Origin: Thermoplasmata archaeon
GTDB lineage: Archaea; Thermoplasmatota; Thermoplasmata; UBA10834
NCBI GenBank assembly: GCA_041554135.1
Contig: JBFFML010000005.1
Span: 28,195-92,194, forward strand
Length of the DNA: 64,000 nucleotides
Direction of reading: 5' to 3'
Every line of letters starts with the position of its first letter. Within the stretch, counting starts at the first letter, position 1. The notes below the pieces were generated by a model. That model worked only from the letters and a program-made list of their open reading frames with translations, did no database searches and was not told the origin of the DNA. Both the position numbers and the translations under genes were made by a program. Below are positions 18,790 to 27,691 of this stretch, one piece after another.

Positions 18790-20658
18790 TCACACCTCCT
18801 CGTCAAGCGCGGCCTTCGCCTCCGCGAGCAGCTGCGCGTCGGTGTAGTTCGTCATGGTTATCGCTCCCTCGGGGCATGTGGCGCCGCAGCAGCCGCAGCC
18901 CTTGCAGGCGGCGACGATCACCTCGGCGATGCCCTCGTCGTTCTTCCTCAGGGCGCCGTACGGGCAGACCGTCACGCAGGTGCCGCAGCCAGTGCACTTC
19001 GTCTCGTCGATCACGGACGTGAGCGCCTCCGACTGGACGAACCCCTTGGCCATGGGTATGGCGGCTCGCGACGCCGCTGCGCCCCCTTGGATCGCGCAGT
19101 CCGTTATGTCCGCGGGTCCCCTGCAGGTGCCGGCGACGTACACGCCGTCGGTGGCGAAGTCCACCGGCCTGAGCTTGACGTGCGCCTCGAGGAAGAAGCC
19201 CTCCTGCCCCAGCGGGACCTTCAGCATCTTGGACAGGTCGCCCGCGTCCTGCTGCGCCACCAGCGGCGTGGACAGTATCACCATGTCCACCTGCATGGTC
19301 CTCTCCATCTTCAGCGTCTCGTGGAAGTACGTGATCATCAGCTGGTCGTCCTTCATGAACACCTTCGGGGCGTTGTCGGGCACGTACCGCACGAACTTGA
19401 CCCTCTTCTCCCTGGCCTTGTTGTAGGTCAGCTCGTGCTCGATGCCGTAGGCCATGACGTCCCTGTTGAAGACCGTGACCTCGATCTTGTCCGAAGGTCC
19501 GAGGCGCACCTCCTCCGCGCCCGCGTCCCCGCGGTCCCTGCCGCGCCGTCTCCGCCTCCGCTCCATGATCTCGTCAGGTGCCTTCTGCTCCACGGGCACG
19601 GTCTCGACCACCTCGCCCTCCTTCTCCGCGATACCGAGCATGTTCTCGTAGTTGTCCACGATGTTGATCGCGTTCTTGATGGCCACGTTGCAGCAGATCC
19701 TGGAGCAGTACGACAGCTGCTGCCCCCTCGAGCCCACGCACTGTATGAAAGCCACGTTCTTCAGCTTGGGCAGGGTCTTCTTCTTGCACAGTATCTCGAA
19801 CTCGGTCAGCGTCACGACGTTCGGGTACTGGTTGTATCCGTACAGCCCTTCAGGCACGAACTCGAGCGCCCCCGTCGCCACGATGATGGTCCCGACCTTG
19901 ACCTTCTGGGCCTCCTTGTCCTTCTCCGCGATCTCCACCTCGTAGTTGCCTATGAACCCCTCTGCGGACTTGACCGTCGAGTTGAGGTGGACGGTTATCT
20001 TGTCATTCGCCTGGACCTTGTCTATCATGGGTTTGATGGTCTCGATGGCGCTCTTCTGGGTGACGAACAGGTTGTTCAGGTTCCTGACGAACCCGCCGAG
20101 CTCGGACTCCCTCTCCACGAGGTGGACCGGGAAGCCCATGTCCGCTATCGACGCCGCGGCCGTCATCCCTGACACGCCGCCGCCGATGACCAGCGCCGTC
20201 GACTCCACGTCGACCTTGGCCTCCTCCTGAGGCTCCAGCAGCCGCGCCCGCGCGACGCCCATGCGCACGAGGTCCTTCGCCTTCTTCGTCGCCGCCTCCT
20301 TCTCCTTCATATGGACCCATGAGCAGTGTTCTCTGAGGTTCACGAAGGTGAAGAGGTATTTGTTAAGTCCAGCAGCCGCGCATGTGTTCTGGAACAGCGG
20401 GGCGTGCGTCCTCGGTGTGCAGCTCGCGACGATCACCCTGTTCAGCTTGTGCTCCTTTATCGCGTCCTTGATAGCCGTCAGCCCGTCGTCCGCGCACGTG
20501 TAGAGGTTGTCAGTCGCGTAGGCGACGTCCTTCAAGGTCTTAGCATAATCCGCAACGGACGGCACGTCCACGAACCCGCCTATGTTGCTGCCGCAGTGGC
20601 ACACGAACACGCCGATCCTCGTCTCCTCGTCCTTCCTCTCGTTCTCGCTCATCCGCAA
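18790..20658 (-). CDS. HdrA-like flavoprotein, 'C-half' type (N-terminal CHCG domain + FAD + C-terminal ferredoxin)
   Basis: [36 protein letters not shown] and C-terminal CTGCGTCVTVCP / CKGCGCCGATCP. The track start is TTG; ATG at 20652 is also possible. Confidence 0.85.
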   Translation of the reverse strand: MRMSENERKDEETRIGVFVCHCGSNIGGFVDVPSVADYAKTLKDVAYATDNLYTCADDGLTAIKDAIKEHKLNRVIVASCTPRTHAPLFQNTCAAAGLNKYLFTFVNLREHCSWVHMKEKEAATKKAKDLVRMGVARARLLEPQEEAKVDVESTALVIGGGVSGMTAAASIADMGFPVHLVERESELGGFVRNLNNLFVTQKSAIETIKPMIDKVQANDKITVHLNSTVKSAEGFIGNYEVEIAEKDKEAQKVKVGTIIVATGALEFVPEGLYGYNQYPNVVTLTEFEILCKKKTLPKLKNVAFIQCVGSRGQQLSYCSRICCNVAIKNAINIVDNYENMLGIAEKEGEVVETVPVEQKAPDEIMERRRRRRGRDRGDAGAEEVRLGPSDKIEVTVFNRDVMAYGIEHELTYNKAREKRVKFVRYVPDNAPKVFMKDDQLMITYFHETLKMERTMQVDMVILSTPLVAQQDAGDLSKMLKVPLGQEGFFLEAHVKLRPVDFATDGVYVAGTCRGPADITDCAIQGGAAASRAAIPMAKGFVQSEALTSVIDETKCTGCGTCVTVCPYGALRKNDEGIAEVIVAACKGCGCCGATCPEGAITMTNYTDAQLLAEAKAALDEEV

Positions 20659-21957
20659 TCACGCCCCTCCTGACTGGACGAGCGCCTCGACGGCCTTCGC
20701 CGCCGCGCTCGATCCCTGCGCGACCGATTCCGGTATGTCCGCGGGGCCTGCCGCGTAGCCCGCGAGATATATGCCTGGGACGACTGTCCTGCACGGGTCC
20801 AGCACACGGTCCGCCGCCTCGAGGAAGCCGAACTCGTCGGCCTTGATGCCGAGCATCTTGGCGACCTCCAAGGTCTCCTTCCTCGGCACGAGGGTCGTCG
20901 CCAGGACGACCATGTCGAACTCCTCGGACTGCTGCTTGCCCCCAACGTCGTACACTACGACGGGGTTCTGGTTGTCCGGGTTCTGCTGCACCGTCGCGTC
21001 GGAGTTGACGTACCTCACGCCGTAGTCGCGCTTGGCCCGTTCGACGTACTCGAAGAAGCCCTTCGCGCAGGCGCGCATGTCCTTGTAGAATATGACCGAC
21101 TCGATGTCATCGTAGTGCTCCCTGGCCAGCATGGCCTCCTTGGTCGAGTGCATGCAGCACACGGCGCAGCAGTACGGGTGCCCGACCTGCGGGTTCCTCG
21201 AGCCGACGCACTGGATGAACGCCATCTTCTTCGGACGCTCCTCGTCCGACCTCCTCTTTATGTGCCCATGGGTCGGCCCCGCGGCGTTTATCATCCGCTC
21301 GTACTCCATCGCGGTGAAGACGTTCGGATACTTGCCGTAGCCGTACTCGCTCGCGGATGTGGGGTCCCAGACATCGTAGCCCGTCGCGACGACTATCGCC
21401 CCGACCTCTATCTCGAGCATCTGGTCCTTCATCTCGTAGTCGATCGCCTCGCGGGCGCACACCTTCTTGCAGTTCCCGCACTTGTCCTTCGTGAGCTTGA
21501 TGCAGTTCTCCTTGTCGATCGTCATGACCCTGGGGACCGCCTGCATGAACGGCACGTAGATGGCCTTCCTGTTCTTCAGCCCCATCTCGAACTCGTCAGG
21601 GACCTTCACGGGGCACTTCTCGAGGCACTCGCCGCAGCCAGTGCACTTGTTCTCATCGACGTACCGCGCCTTCTTGAGAACCTTCACCTTGAACTCGCCA
21701 GCCTTCCCCTCGATTCCAACGACCTCCGAATACGTGATGACGTTCGTGTTCGGATGGCCGAAGCAATCCGCCATCTTGGGCGCGAGAATACATATCGAAC
21801 AGTCGTTCGTCGGGAAGGTCTTGTCCAGCTGTGCCATCCTGCCTCCTATGCTCGGAGACTTCTCGACCAGATGGACAATGATCCCCTTGTCCGCGAGGTC
21901 CAGAGCGGCCTGTATGCCCGCGACCCCGCCTCCAATCACCATTACTGACTTCTCCAT
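20659..21957 (-). CDS. HdrA-like flavoprotein, 'N-half' type (FAD + inserted ferredoxin; no CHCG domain, no C-terminal ferredoxin)
   Basis: [48 protein letters not shown] and CVGSRN. Its stop abuts the next gene. Confidence 0.85.
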   Translation of the reverse strand: MEKSVMVIGGGVAGIQAALDLADKGIIVHLVEKSPSIGGRMAQLDKTFPTNDCSICILAPKMADCFGHPNTNVITYSEVVGIEGKAGEFKVKVLKKARYVDENKCTGCGECLEKCPVKVPDEFEMGLKNRKAIYVPFMQAVPRVMTIDKENCIKLTKDKCGNCKKVCAREAIDYEMKDQMLEIEVGAIVVATGYDVWDPTSASEYGYGKYPNVFTAMEYERMINAAGPTHGHIKRRSDEERPKKMAFIQCVGSRNPQVGHPYCCAVCCMHSTKEAMLAREHYDDIESVIFYKDMRACAKGFFEYVERAKRDYGVRYVNSDATVQQNPDNQNPVVVYDVGGKQQSEEFDMVVLATTLVPRKETLEVAKMLGIKADEFGFLEAADRVLDPCRTVVPGIYLAGYAAGPADIPESVAQGSSAAAKAVEALVQSGGA

Positions 21958-22104
21958 TCACAACCCCTCCAAAGAGTGTCTTTGTGGTATCGCTCCTCTA
22001 CATTCACGCAGACGCGGTCCTCACCCGTCCGTGAGTCCTCGCCCCCTGTCGAACTGCCCTTTTCCGTAACTCCTACTCTCTATTATCTGTTTCGTTGACC
22101 GGCC

Positions 22105-22154
22105 GCGGGGCCCCCGGGGGTCGAAATCCGTCCATCGCGCCCCCCGGGGCCGTC
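22105..22154 (-). terminator. GC-rich hairpin directly after the stop of the Cys4 mini-protein gene (terminator or processing structure)
   Basis: GGCCCCCGGGGG (22109-22120) pairs with CCCCCCGGGGCC (22140-22151) at 11 of 12 positions, with a 19-nt loop. Confidence 0.35.
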
Positions 22155-22165
22155 CCGTTTCGTCC

Positions 22166-22588
22166 TCAGGTCACGGCCTTGCCCTTCTTCAGCACCTGCT
22201 TGACGTCCTTGTCCTTCTTGATCTCGGTCACCTTGACCTTGAACGGCACCTTCTTCCTGGCCTGCAGCACCTCGCTCGAGAACCTCTGGCAGTTGGGGTA
22301 TGTGCACGGCGAGCACTTCTTGTCCTTGCACGCCAGCTCGATCAGCACGAGCCTGTCGCGTGTGTCGTCGGGCTTAACCACCGGCTTCTTGACCTCGAAC
22401 ATCTTGGTCATCTTGGTCTCGAAGGGCACCTTCTTGGGCTTCATCTCCCTGACGAACCTCTGGCAGTTAGGGTACGTGCACGGCGAGCACTTCTGGTCCT
22501 TGCATGACAGCTCGATCAGCAGGAACCTCTGGTCGGCGTCGTCCTTCTTCTTCTTTTTCTCCTCGCTATCCACTTTCTTCGGTGACAT
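22166..22588 (-). CDS. Lys-rich mini-protein with two tandem Cys4 repeats (uncharacterised)
   Basis: Two ~58-aa repeats, each (F/L)(L/V)LIEL(S/A)CKD(Q/K)KCSPCTYPNCQRF...KKVPF. It lies 21 nt downstream of the MvhD-HdrCB fusion on the same strand. ATG start. Confidence 0.55.
   Translation of the reverse strand: MSPKKVDSEEKKKKKDDADQRFLLIELSCKDQKCSPCTYPNCQRFVREMKPKKVPFETKMTKMFEVKKPVVKPDDTRDRLVLIELACKDKKCSPCTYPNCQRFSSEVLQARKKVPFKVKVTEIKKDKDVKQVLKKGKAVT
22280..22521. repeat. Intragenic direct repeat: two 68-nt copies (22280-22347 and 22454-22521), period 174 nt
   Basis: By-eye alignment shows roughly 90 percent identity between the copies, while the flanking codons have diverged. Confidence 0.8.
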
Positions 22589-22609
22589 CTTAACATTCCT
22601 TCGTTCGCT

Positions 22610-24208
22610 CTACTCCAATGACTCTGCAATCGCCACGCTGATGTCCTTTATGGGTATGTCTACCTGCTCCTTCGGCACGCCCTCAGTCTTGTTGTCCCTG
22701 GCGCAAGCGAGGTGTATCAGGCATTTGTAGCAGCCGGTGACCAGGCACTCCGCCCCCGTCCTCTTCGCCTCTCTCAGCCTGTCGAGCTGCAGCCTCCGCG
22801 AGATCTCGTCGCATGTCGCCCAGGCGCTCACGCCGCAGCAGAGCGCCTTGTCCCTCGTGTTCTCCATCTCGACGATCTCCGTGCCGTCAGCCGCCTTGAG
22901 CGCGTCCCTGGGCTGGTCGTATATTCCGAGGTGCCTGCCCAGCCGGCAGGAATCCTGGAACGTCAGCTTCCTCGCGTTCGGCTTGAACTTGACCTTGCCC
23001 TCCTTTATCAGGTCGTCGACGTACTCCGATATGTGCACCATCTCGAAGTCCAGGTCGCCCATGAGGTCCTGGTAGTCCATGTCGAAGGTCCTCAGGCACT
23101 CGGGGCATGAGAAGACCACCTTCTTCGCGCCGGAGTCCTTGATCATGTCGATGTTCTTCTTCATGAGCTTCTGGAGGCCGAGCTCGTCCCCCGTCCAGTT
23201 GAGGTCGTGTCCGCAGCAGACCTCGTCGTTCCTGACGACGGGCGTGACGCCGGCCTTGTTCATTATCCTCACGACCGACCTCGGGATCTCCGTCAGTTCA
23301 AGGTCCCTGTCGCTGAGCATGTTGTCGAAGTACGATACGCACCCCGTGAAGTACAGCACCTCGCCCTTCTCGGCCACCTTCAGGTCCGGGGTGACCCAGC
23401 CGAGCCTGTCCTGCTTGAAATCCCCGTGCGCCTGTATCCTCATGAGGGCGTGCATCTGGCCCCCTTGGCTGCAAACGGCCTCGTTGTCCATCTTCGACGC
23501 CTCGACGCGCAGGCCCCTGATGAAGCCCGAGTAGTCCACCTTGTAAGGGCACATCGAGTTGCACTGCTCGCACGTGATGCATGTCCAGATGTCCCTGTTC
23601 GTGGCGAACGTTTCCGCCTGGCCCTCCGTAGCCTTGAGGACGATGGTCCTCGGGGCGAAGTCGGTGTTGTACTTAGCCACCGGGCACACCGTCGTGCACT
23701 TGCCGCACTCGACGCAGTCGAACGCGCCGGTGTCCTCTATGAGCTGGTCTACCTTGTCCTTCAGCTTCGATCGGTCGTACGGCAGCCTCGGTATCTTGGG
23801 CATGGGGTTCGGCCCGAGCCCGCGTATCTGCTCGGTGAACTCCTTCATCGTGGCCGCGAACTTCTGGCCTTCCGAGGCGGATATCCATTCGAGGCGCATC
23901 CTCTCCTGGCCTATGCCCACGATGTCGAGGAGCTCCTTCGTCATGTTCATCCGCTTCTCCGCCTCGACGTTGCCTGATATGTAGTGGCAGTCGCCTATGT
24001 GGCACCCAGCGACGAGGACGCCGTCGGCTCCGAGCTCGAACGCTCGGAGCACGAAGGTGGGCTCGATCCTCCCCGAGCACATCACCCGTATCACCCTCGC
24101 GTTGGGCGGATACTGCATGCGCCCCACGCCCGCGAGGTCCGCGCCCGCGTACGAGCACCAGTTGCAGCAGAACGCGACTATGTGTGGTTCGAATCTCGGC
24201 TCGGTCAT
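22610..24208 (-). CDS. Triple fusion MvhD + HdrC-like (2x[4Fe-4S]) + HdrB-like (2x CCG domain)
   Basis: [24 protein letters not shown], then [12 protein letters not shown] / [12 protein letters not shown], then FTGC..VCCGH..SCPEC and DSC..LCCGV..TGCYKC. ATG at 24208 sits in an ATGA overlap with the upstream stop. The track's N-terminal 125 aa are an out-of-frame artefact. Confidence 0.85.
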   Translation of the reverse strand: MTEPRFEPHIVAFCCNWCSYAGADLAGVGRMQYPPNARVIRVMCSGRIEPTFVLRAFELGADGVLVAGCHIGDCHYISGNVEAEKRMNMTKELLDIVGIGQERMRLEWISASEGQKFAATMKEFTEQIRGLGPNPMPKIPRLPYDRSKLKDKVDQLIEDTGAFDCVECGKCTTVCPVAKYNTDFAPRTIVLKATEGQAETFATNRDIWTCITCEQCNSMCPYKVDYSGFIRGLRVEASKMDNEAVCSQGGQMHALMRIQAHGDFKQDRLGWVTPDLKVAEKGEVLYFTGCVSYFDNMLSDRDLELTEIPRSVVRIMNKAGVTPVVRNDEVCCGHDLNWTGDELGLQKLMKKNIDMIKDSGAKKVVFSCPECLRTFDMDYQDLMGDLDFEMVHISEYVDDLIKEGKVKFKPNARKLTFQDSCRLGRHLGIYDQPRDALKAADGTEIVEMENTRDKALCCGVSAWATCDEISRRLQLDRLREAKRTGAECLVTGCYKCLIHLACARDNKTEGVPKEQVDIPIKDISVAIAESLE

Positions 24209-27200
24209 GTCCCCGCCTCCTGCTTCTCCTCGTCCCTCGCGAGCGCCGCCTCGATCATCGTCATTATCTGGTCTGTCCTGAAGTGCTTCGGGCGGATCGC
24301 CCTTGTGCAGCACTCGACCGCGCACGAGCCGCATCCCTTGCAGAGCGCCTCGTAGATGCGCGACTTGAATACGCCAGGGGAAACCTCCTCGAGTCTCGGG
24401 GCGCCGTACTCGCACAGCTCCTCGCACCTGCCGCAGCCGACGCACTTGTCCTCGTCGACCACGCTGACGACGCCCTCGGCCTCTATGGACGGCTTGGACA
24501 GGACGGTGTTGACCCTGGCCGCCGCGGCGAGCGCCTGGGATATGCTCTCGTCGATCAGTCTCGGCGAGTGCGCCAACCCGCATAGGAACACGCCATCCGT
24601 GGCGAAGTCCACTGGCCTGAGCTTCATGTGCGCCTCGAGGAAGTACCCCTCCTTGTTCTGCGGCACCTTCAGCAGCTGCGCCAGCTCCTTGTTGTCAGGG
24701 TTCGGGTGCACCGCGGCGTTGAGCACGACATATGTGGGCCTGATCGTGATGGTCTCCTCGATGAACTGCTCGTCGACTTCGACCACGAGGTCGTCGCCGT
24801 CGGCCCGCACGCTCGGCGGCGATGATGGGTCGTATCGCAGGAAGATAACTCCCTGCTTCGCCGCCTCGTTGTAGTTGTCCTCCGCGAAACCGTATGTGCG
24901 TATGTCTCTGAACAGGATGTAGACGCTCGTCCCGGGATGCTCCTTCTTGATCCTCAAGGCGTTGGCCATCGCCGTCGAGCAGCATATCCTCGAGCAGTTC
25001 GGGTGCTCATCGTCCCTCGAGCCCACGCACTGTATGATCACCACGCTCTTCGCGTCCAGCTTACCGGTCGCGATCATTTCGCCGAGGTCGGTCTGCCTGA
25101 TCACGCGCGGGTGCTCCCCGTAAAGGTACTCCTTTGGCTCGTACTCGATCCCGCCGGAGGCGACGACGATTGCTCCGTGCCTTATCTCCTCGCCGCTCCT
25201 CAGCCTGGTCTCGAAGTTGCCGATGTAGCCCTTTATCTCCTCGACGGAGTCCTCGAGGTGCACCTTGATCTTATCGTGATCGTGGATGTCTTTCTTCAGC
25301 GCGGCCAGGGTCTCCTGCGGGTCGATCCCCGCGAGGGTGTGGTATATCCTGCGCAGATGCCCACCGAGCTCCCTCTCCTTCTCGACGATATGTACCTCGA
25401 ACCCGGCCTTCGCGATCTCCAGCGCCGCCGTCATGCCGCTCAGGCCCCCGCCTATCACGAGCGCGACCGGCGTGACGGGTATCTTCGGCTGGGGCAGCGC
25501 CTCCAGCCGGGCGGCCTTCGCAACGGCCATGCGCACGAGGTCCTTGGCCTTCTCCGTGGCCGCCTCGGGCTCGTTGCGGTGGACCCACGAGCACTGGTCG
25601 CGTATGTTCGCCATGTCGAAGAGGTACTTGTTCAGGCCGGCCTCCCGGACGGTGTTCTGGAACAGCGGCTCGTGCGTCCTCGGCGTGCAGCTCGCGACGA
25701 CCACGCGGTTAAGGTCGTGTTCCTTGATCATGTCCCTTATCTTCTTCTGCGTGTCCTGGGAGCAAGTGTACAGGTTCTGCTCGGCGTATACGACGCCTGG
25801 AAGCTTGGACGCGTACTCCATGACCTCGGGTACGTCCACGACCGAGCCGATGTTGATGCCGCAGTGGCACACGAACACGCCTATGCGCGGCTCCTGGCCC
25901 GTGGCGTCCCTCTCCTCGGGGTACTCCTTCGCGGTCACGAGCGTCCCCCTCTCATCGGAGAGCAACGCGGCCGCCTTGCCCGCGGCCCCGCTCGCCTGGG
26001 CGACCGAGTCCGGGATGTCCTTCGGGCCAGAGAACGCCCCGCAGACGTAGATCCCTGGCACCGAAGTATCCACAGGAGCGAGCTCGTCGGTCTCGCAGAA
26101 GCCGTAGGCGTTGGCTTTCACGCCCAGCGTCTTCGCGAGCGCGCGGGCTGACTCGGGCGGCGTCGCGCCCGCCGACAGGACGACTATGTCGAACTGCTCC
26201 TCCTTTATGTCCGCCCCGTCTATGAAGCCCAGGATGAGCGAGCCCGTGTCCTCGTCCTGCTGGACCTTTGATATGCGGTTGTTCCTGAACACCCTGACGC
26301 CGTACTCCGTCTCCGCGCGGTGGAGGTACTCCTCGAACTCCTTGCCGAACGCGCGCGTGTCCATGAAGAATATCGTCGTCTTCAACCCGGGCACGTGCTC
26401 CTGCGCTATGACCGCCTGCTTGAGGGCGGCCATGCAACAGTACGACGAGCAATAGGTGTTGGGCGTCTGGGCGTCCCTGGAGCCGACGCATTGTATGAAC
26501 GCCACCTTCTGGGGCACGTCCCCGTCGGAAGGCCTGATGACATGTCCCTCCGTGGGGCCGGACGCGCTCAGCATCCTCTCGAACTCGATGTTGCTTACGA
26601 CGTTGGGGAACACCCCGTGGCCGTACATGGCCTTCCTCGAGACGTCGTAGACGTCGTATCCAGGCGCGAGTATGATCGCGCCCACCTCGATAGTCTCCTC
26701 TATGTCGGGCTCCATCGAGTACTTTATCGCGTCCGCTTCGCAGAACTTCTCACAAATGCCGCAGCCTATGCACAGTCCCCTGTCGATCGTGTACACGAGC
26801 GGGACCGCCTGCGGGAACGGGACGTATATCGCCTTCGCGGGCGCGAGGTCTCGGTCGAAGGCGCTCGTCCCCTCGATCGGGCAATGCTCGGCGCAGACGC
26901 CGCAGCCCGTGCACCTGTCCTCCAAGATGTACCTCGAGTGCCTGGTTATCGTGACATTGAACCGTCCGGCCTGTCCCTCGACCTTCTTCAGCTCGGCGTT
27001 CGTGAGCATATTGATGTTCTCGTGCCTGCCGGTGGCGACTAGCTTGGGCGAGAGGATGCACATCGAGCAGTCGTTCGTCGGGAAGGTCTTGTCCAGCTGG
27101 GCCATCGTGCCGCCGATGCTGGGCGTGCCCTCCAGGAGATATACCTTGTATCCGGAATCGGCGAGGTCCAATGCGGCCTGCATGCCCGCGGGCCCCCCGC

Positions 27201-27240
27201 CGACGATTAGCACCGCGCCCACTTTGCCGTTCTCAGCCAT
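24205..27240 (-). CDS. Double HdrA-like flavoprotein (1011 aa), paralogue of 14927-17968
   Basis: Same half-domain order: [16 protein letters not shown] + [12 protein letters not shown] + inserted ferredoxin, then [12 protein letters not shown] + [16 protein letters not shown] + C-terminal [11 protein letters not shown] / [11 protein letters not shown]. Confidence 0.85.
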   Translation of the reverse strand: MAENGKVGAVLIVGGGPAGMQAALDLADSGYKVYLLEGTPSIGGTMAQLDKTFPTNDCSMCILSPKLVATGRHENINMLTNAELKKVEGQAGRFNVTITRHSRYILEDRCTGCGVCAEHCPIEGTSAFDRDLAPAKAIYVPFPQAVPLVYTIDRGLCIGCGICEKFCEADAIKYSMEPDIEETIEVGAIILAPGYDVYDVSRKAMYGHGVFPNVVSNIEFERMLSASGPTEGHVIRPSDGDVPQKVAFIQCVGSRDAQTPNTYCSSYCCMAALKQAVIAQEHVPGLKTTIFFMDTRAFGKEFEEYLHRAETEYGVRVFRNNRISKVQQDEDTGSLILGFIDGADIKEEQFDIVVLSAGATPPESARALAKTLGVKANAYGFCETDELAPVDTSVPGIYVCGAFSGPKDIPDSVAQASGAAGKAAALLSDERGTLVTAKEYPEERDATGQEPRIGVFVCHCGINIGSVVDVPEVMEYASKLPGVVYAEQNLYTCSQDTQKKIRDMIKEHDLNRVVVASCTPRTHEPLFQNTVREAGLNKYLFDMANIRDQCSWVHRNEPEAATEKAKDLVRMAVAKAARLEALPQPKIPVTPVALVIGGGLSGMTAALEIAKAGFEVHIVEKERELGGHLRRIYHTLAGIDPQETLAALKKDIHDHDKIKVHLEDSVEEIKGYIGNFETRLRSGEEIRHGAIVVASGGIEYEPKEYLYGEHPRVIRQTDLGEMIATGKLDAKSVVIIQCVGSRDDEHPNCSRICCSTAMANALRIKKEHPGTSVYILFRDIRTYGFAEDNYNEAAKQGVIFLRYDPSSPPSVRADGDDLVVEVDEQFIEETITIRPTYVVLNAAVHPNPDNKELAQLLKVPQNKEGYFLEAHMKLRPVDFATDGVFLCGLAHSPRLIDESISQALAAAARVNTVLSKPSIEAEGVVSVVDEDKCVGCGRCEELCEYGAPRLEEVSPGVFKSRIYEALCKGCGSCAVECCTRAIRPKHFRTDQIMTMIEAALARDEEKQEAGT

Positions 27241-27241
27241 G

Positions 27242-27691
27242 CTACGCGCCCCCTTCGGAGATCGGCCCGAGCTTCTCCAACTCGGAGACCATTTGCCTGA
27301 TCACTTCCGCGAACTTCTGTCCCTCGGACCCCGCGATCCACTCCACCCTGAACCGCTGCGGCTCTATGCCGGCCTCCTCTAGGAACTCGGAGAGGAACTC
27401 CCCTCTCAACGCCGTCTTCTCGTTCCCGTTGATGTAGTGGCAGTCGGATGGGTGGCATCCGGCGATGATCACGCCGTCGGCGCCCAGGGCGAACGCCTTC
27501 AGGACGAAGGCTGGGTCGACCCTCCCCGAGCACATGACCCTGACTATCTTCACGTTCGTGGGGTACTGCAGCCTGGTCGTGCCCGCGAGGTCCGCGCCTG
27601 CGTACGAGCACCAGTTGCAGCAGAACGCCACGATCCTTGGCTCATATGTCTCCTCTGTCTCCTGAGCGACCGCTTCCCCCTGCAGGCTCAC
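27242..27691 (-). CDS. mvhD: MvhD, copy 1 (follows hdrB)
   Basis: [22 protein letters not shown] and GCHPSDCHY. GTG at 27691 in a GTGA overlap with the hdrB stop, with AAGGGGGG upstream. The long track ORF extension is rejected. Confidence 0.85.
   Translation of the reverse strand: MSLQGEAVAQETEETYEPRIVAFCCNWCSYAGADLAGTTRLQYPTNVKIVRVMCSGRVDPAFVLKAFALGADGVIIAGCHPSDCHYINGNEKTALRGEFLSEFLEEAGIEPQRFRVEWIAGSEGQKFAEVIRQMVSELEKLGPISEGGA

Noticed and set aside
18019-20172. 717-aa plus-strand ORF, the longest of many long antisense ORFs (also 15296-16492, 16595-17623, 21115-21948, 24937-26151, 26320-27042, 28566-29879, 30047-31393)
   Set aside because: These are mirror-frame ORFs opposite the strongly motif-supported hdrA/hdrB/mvhD genes in GC-rich DNA. 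Their translations are Arg/Leu/Val/His/Asp-rich low-information sequence with no recognisable motif.
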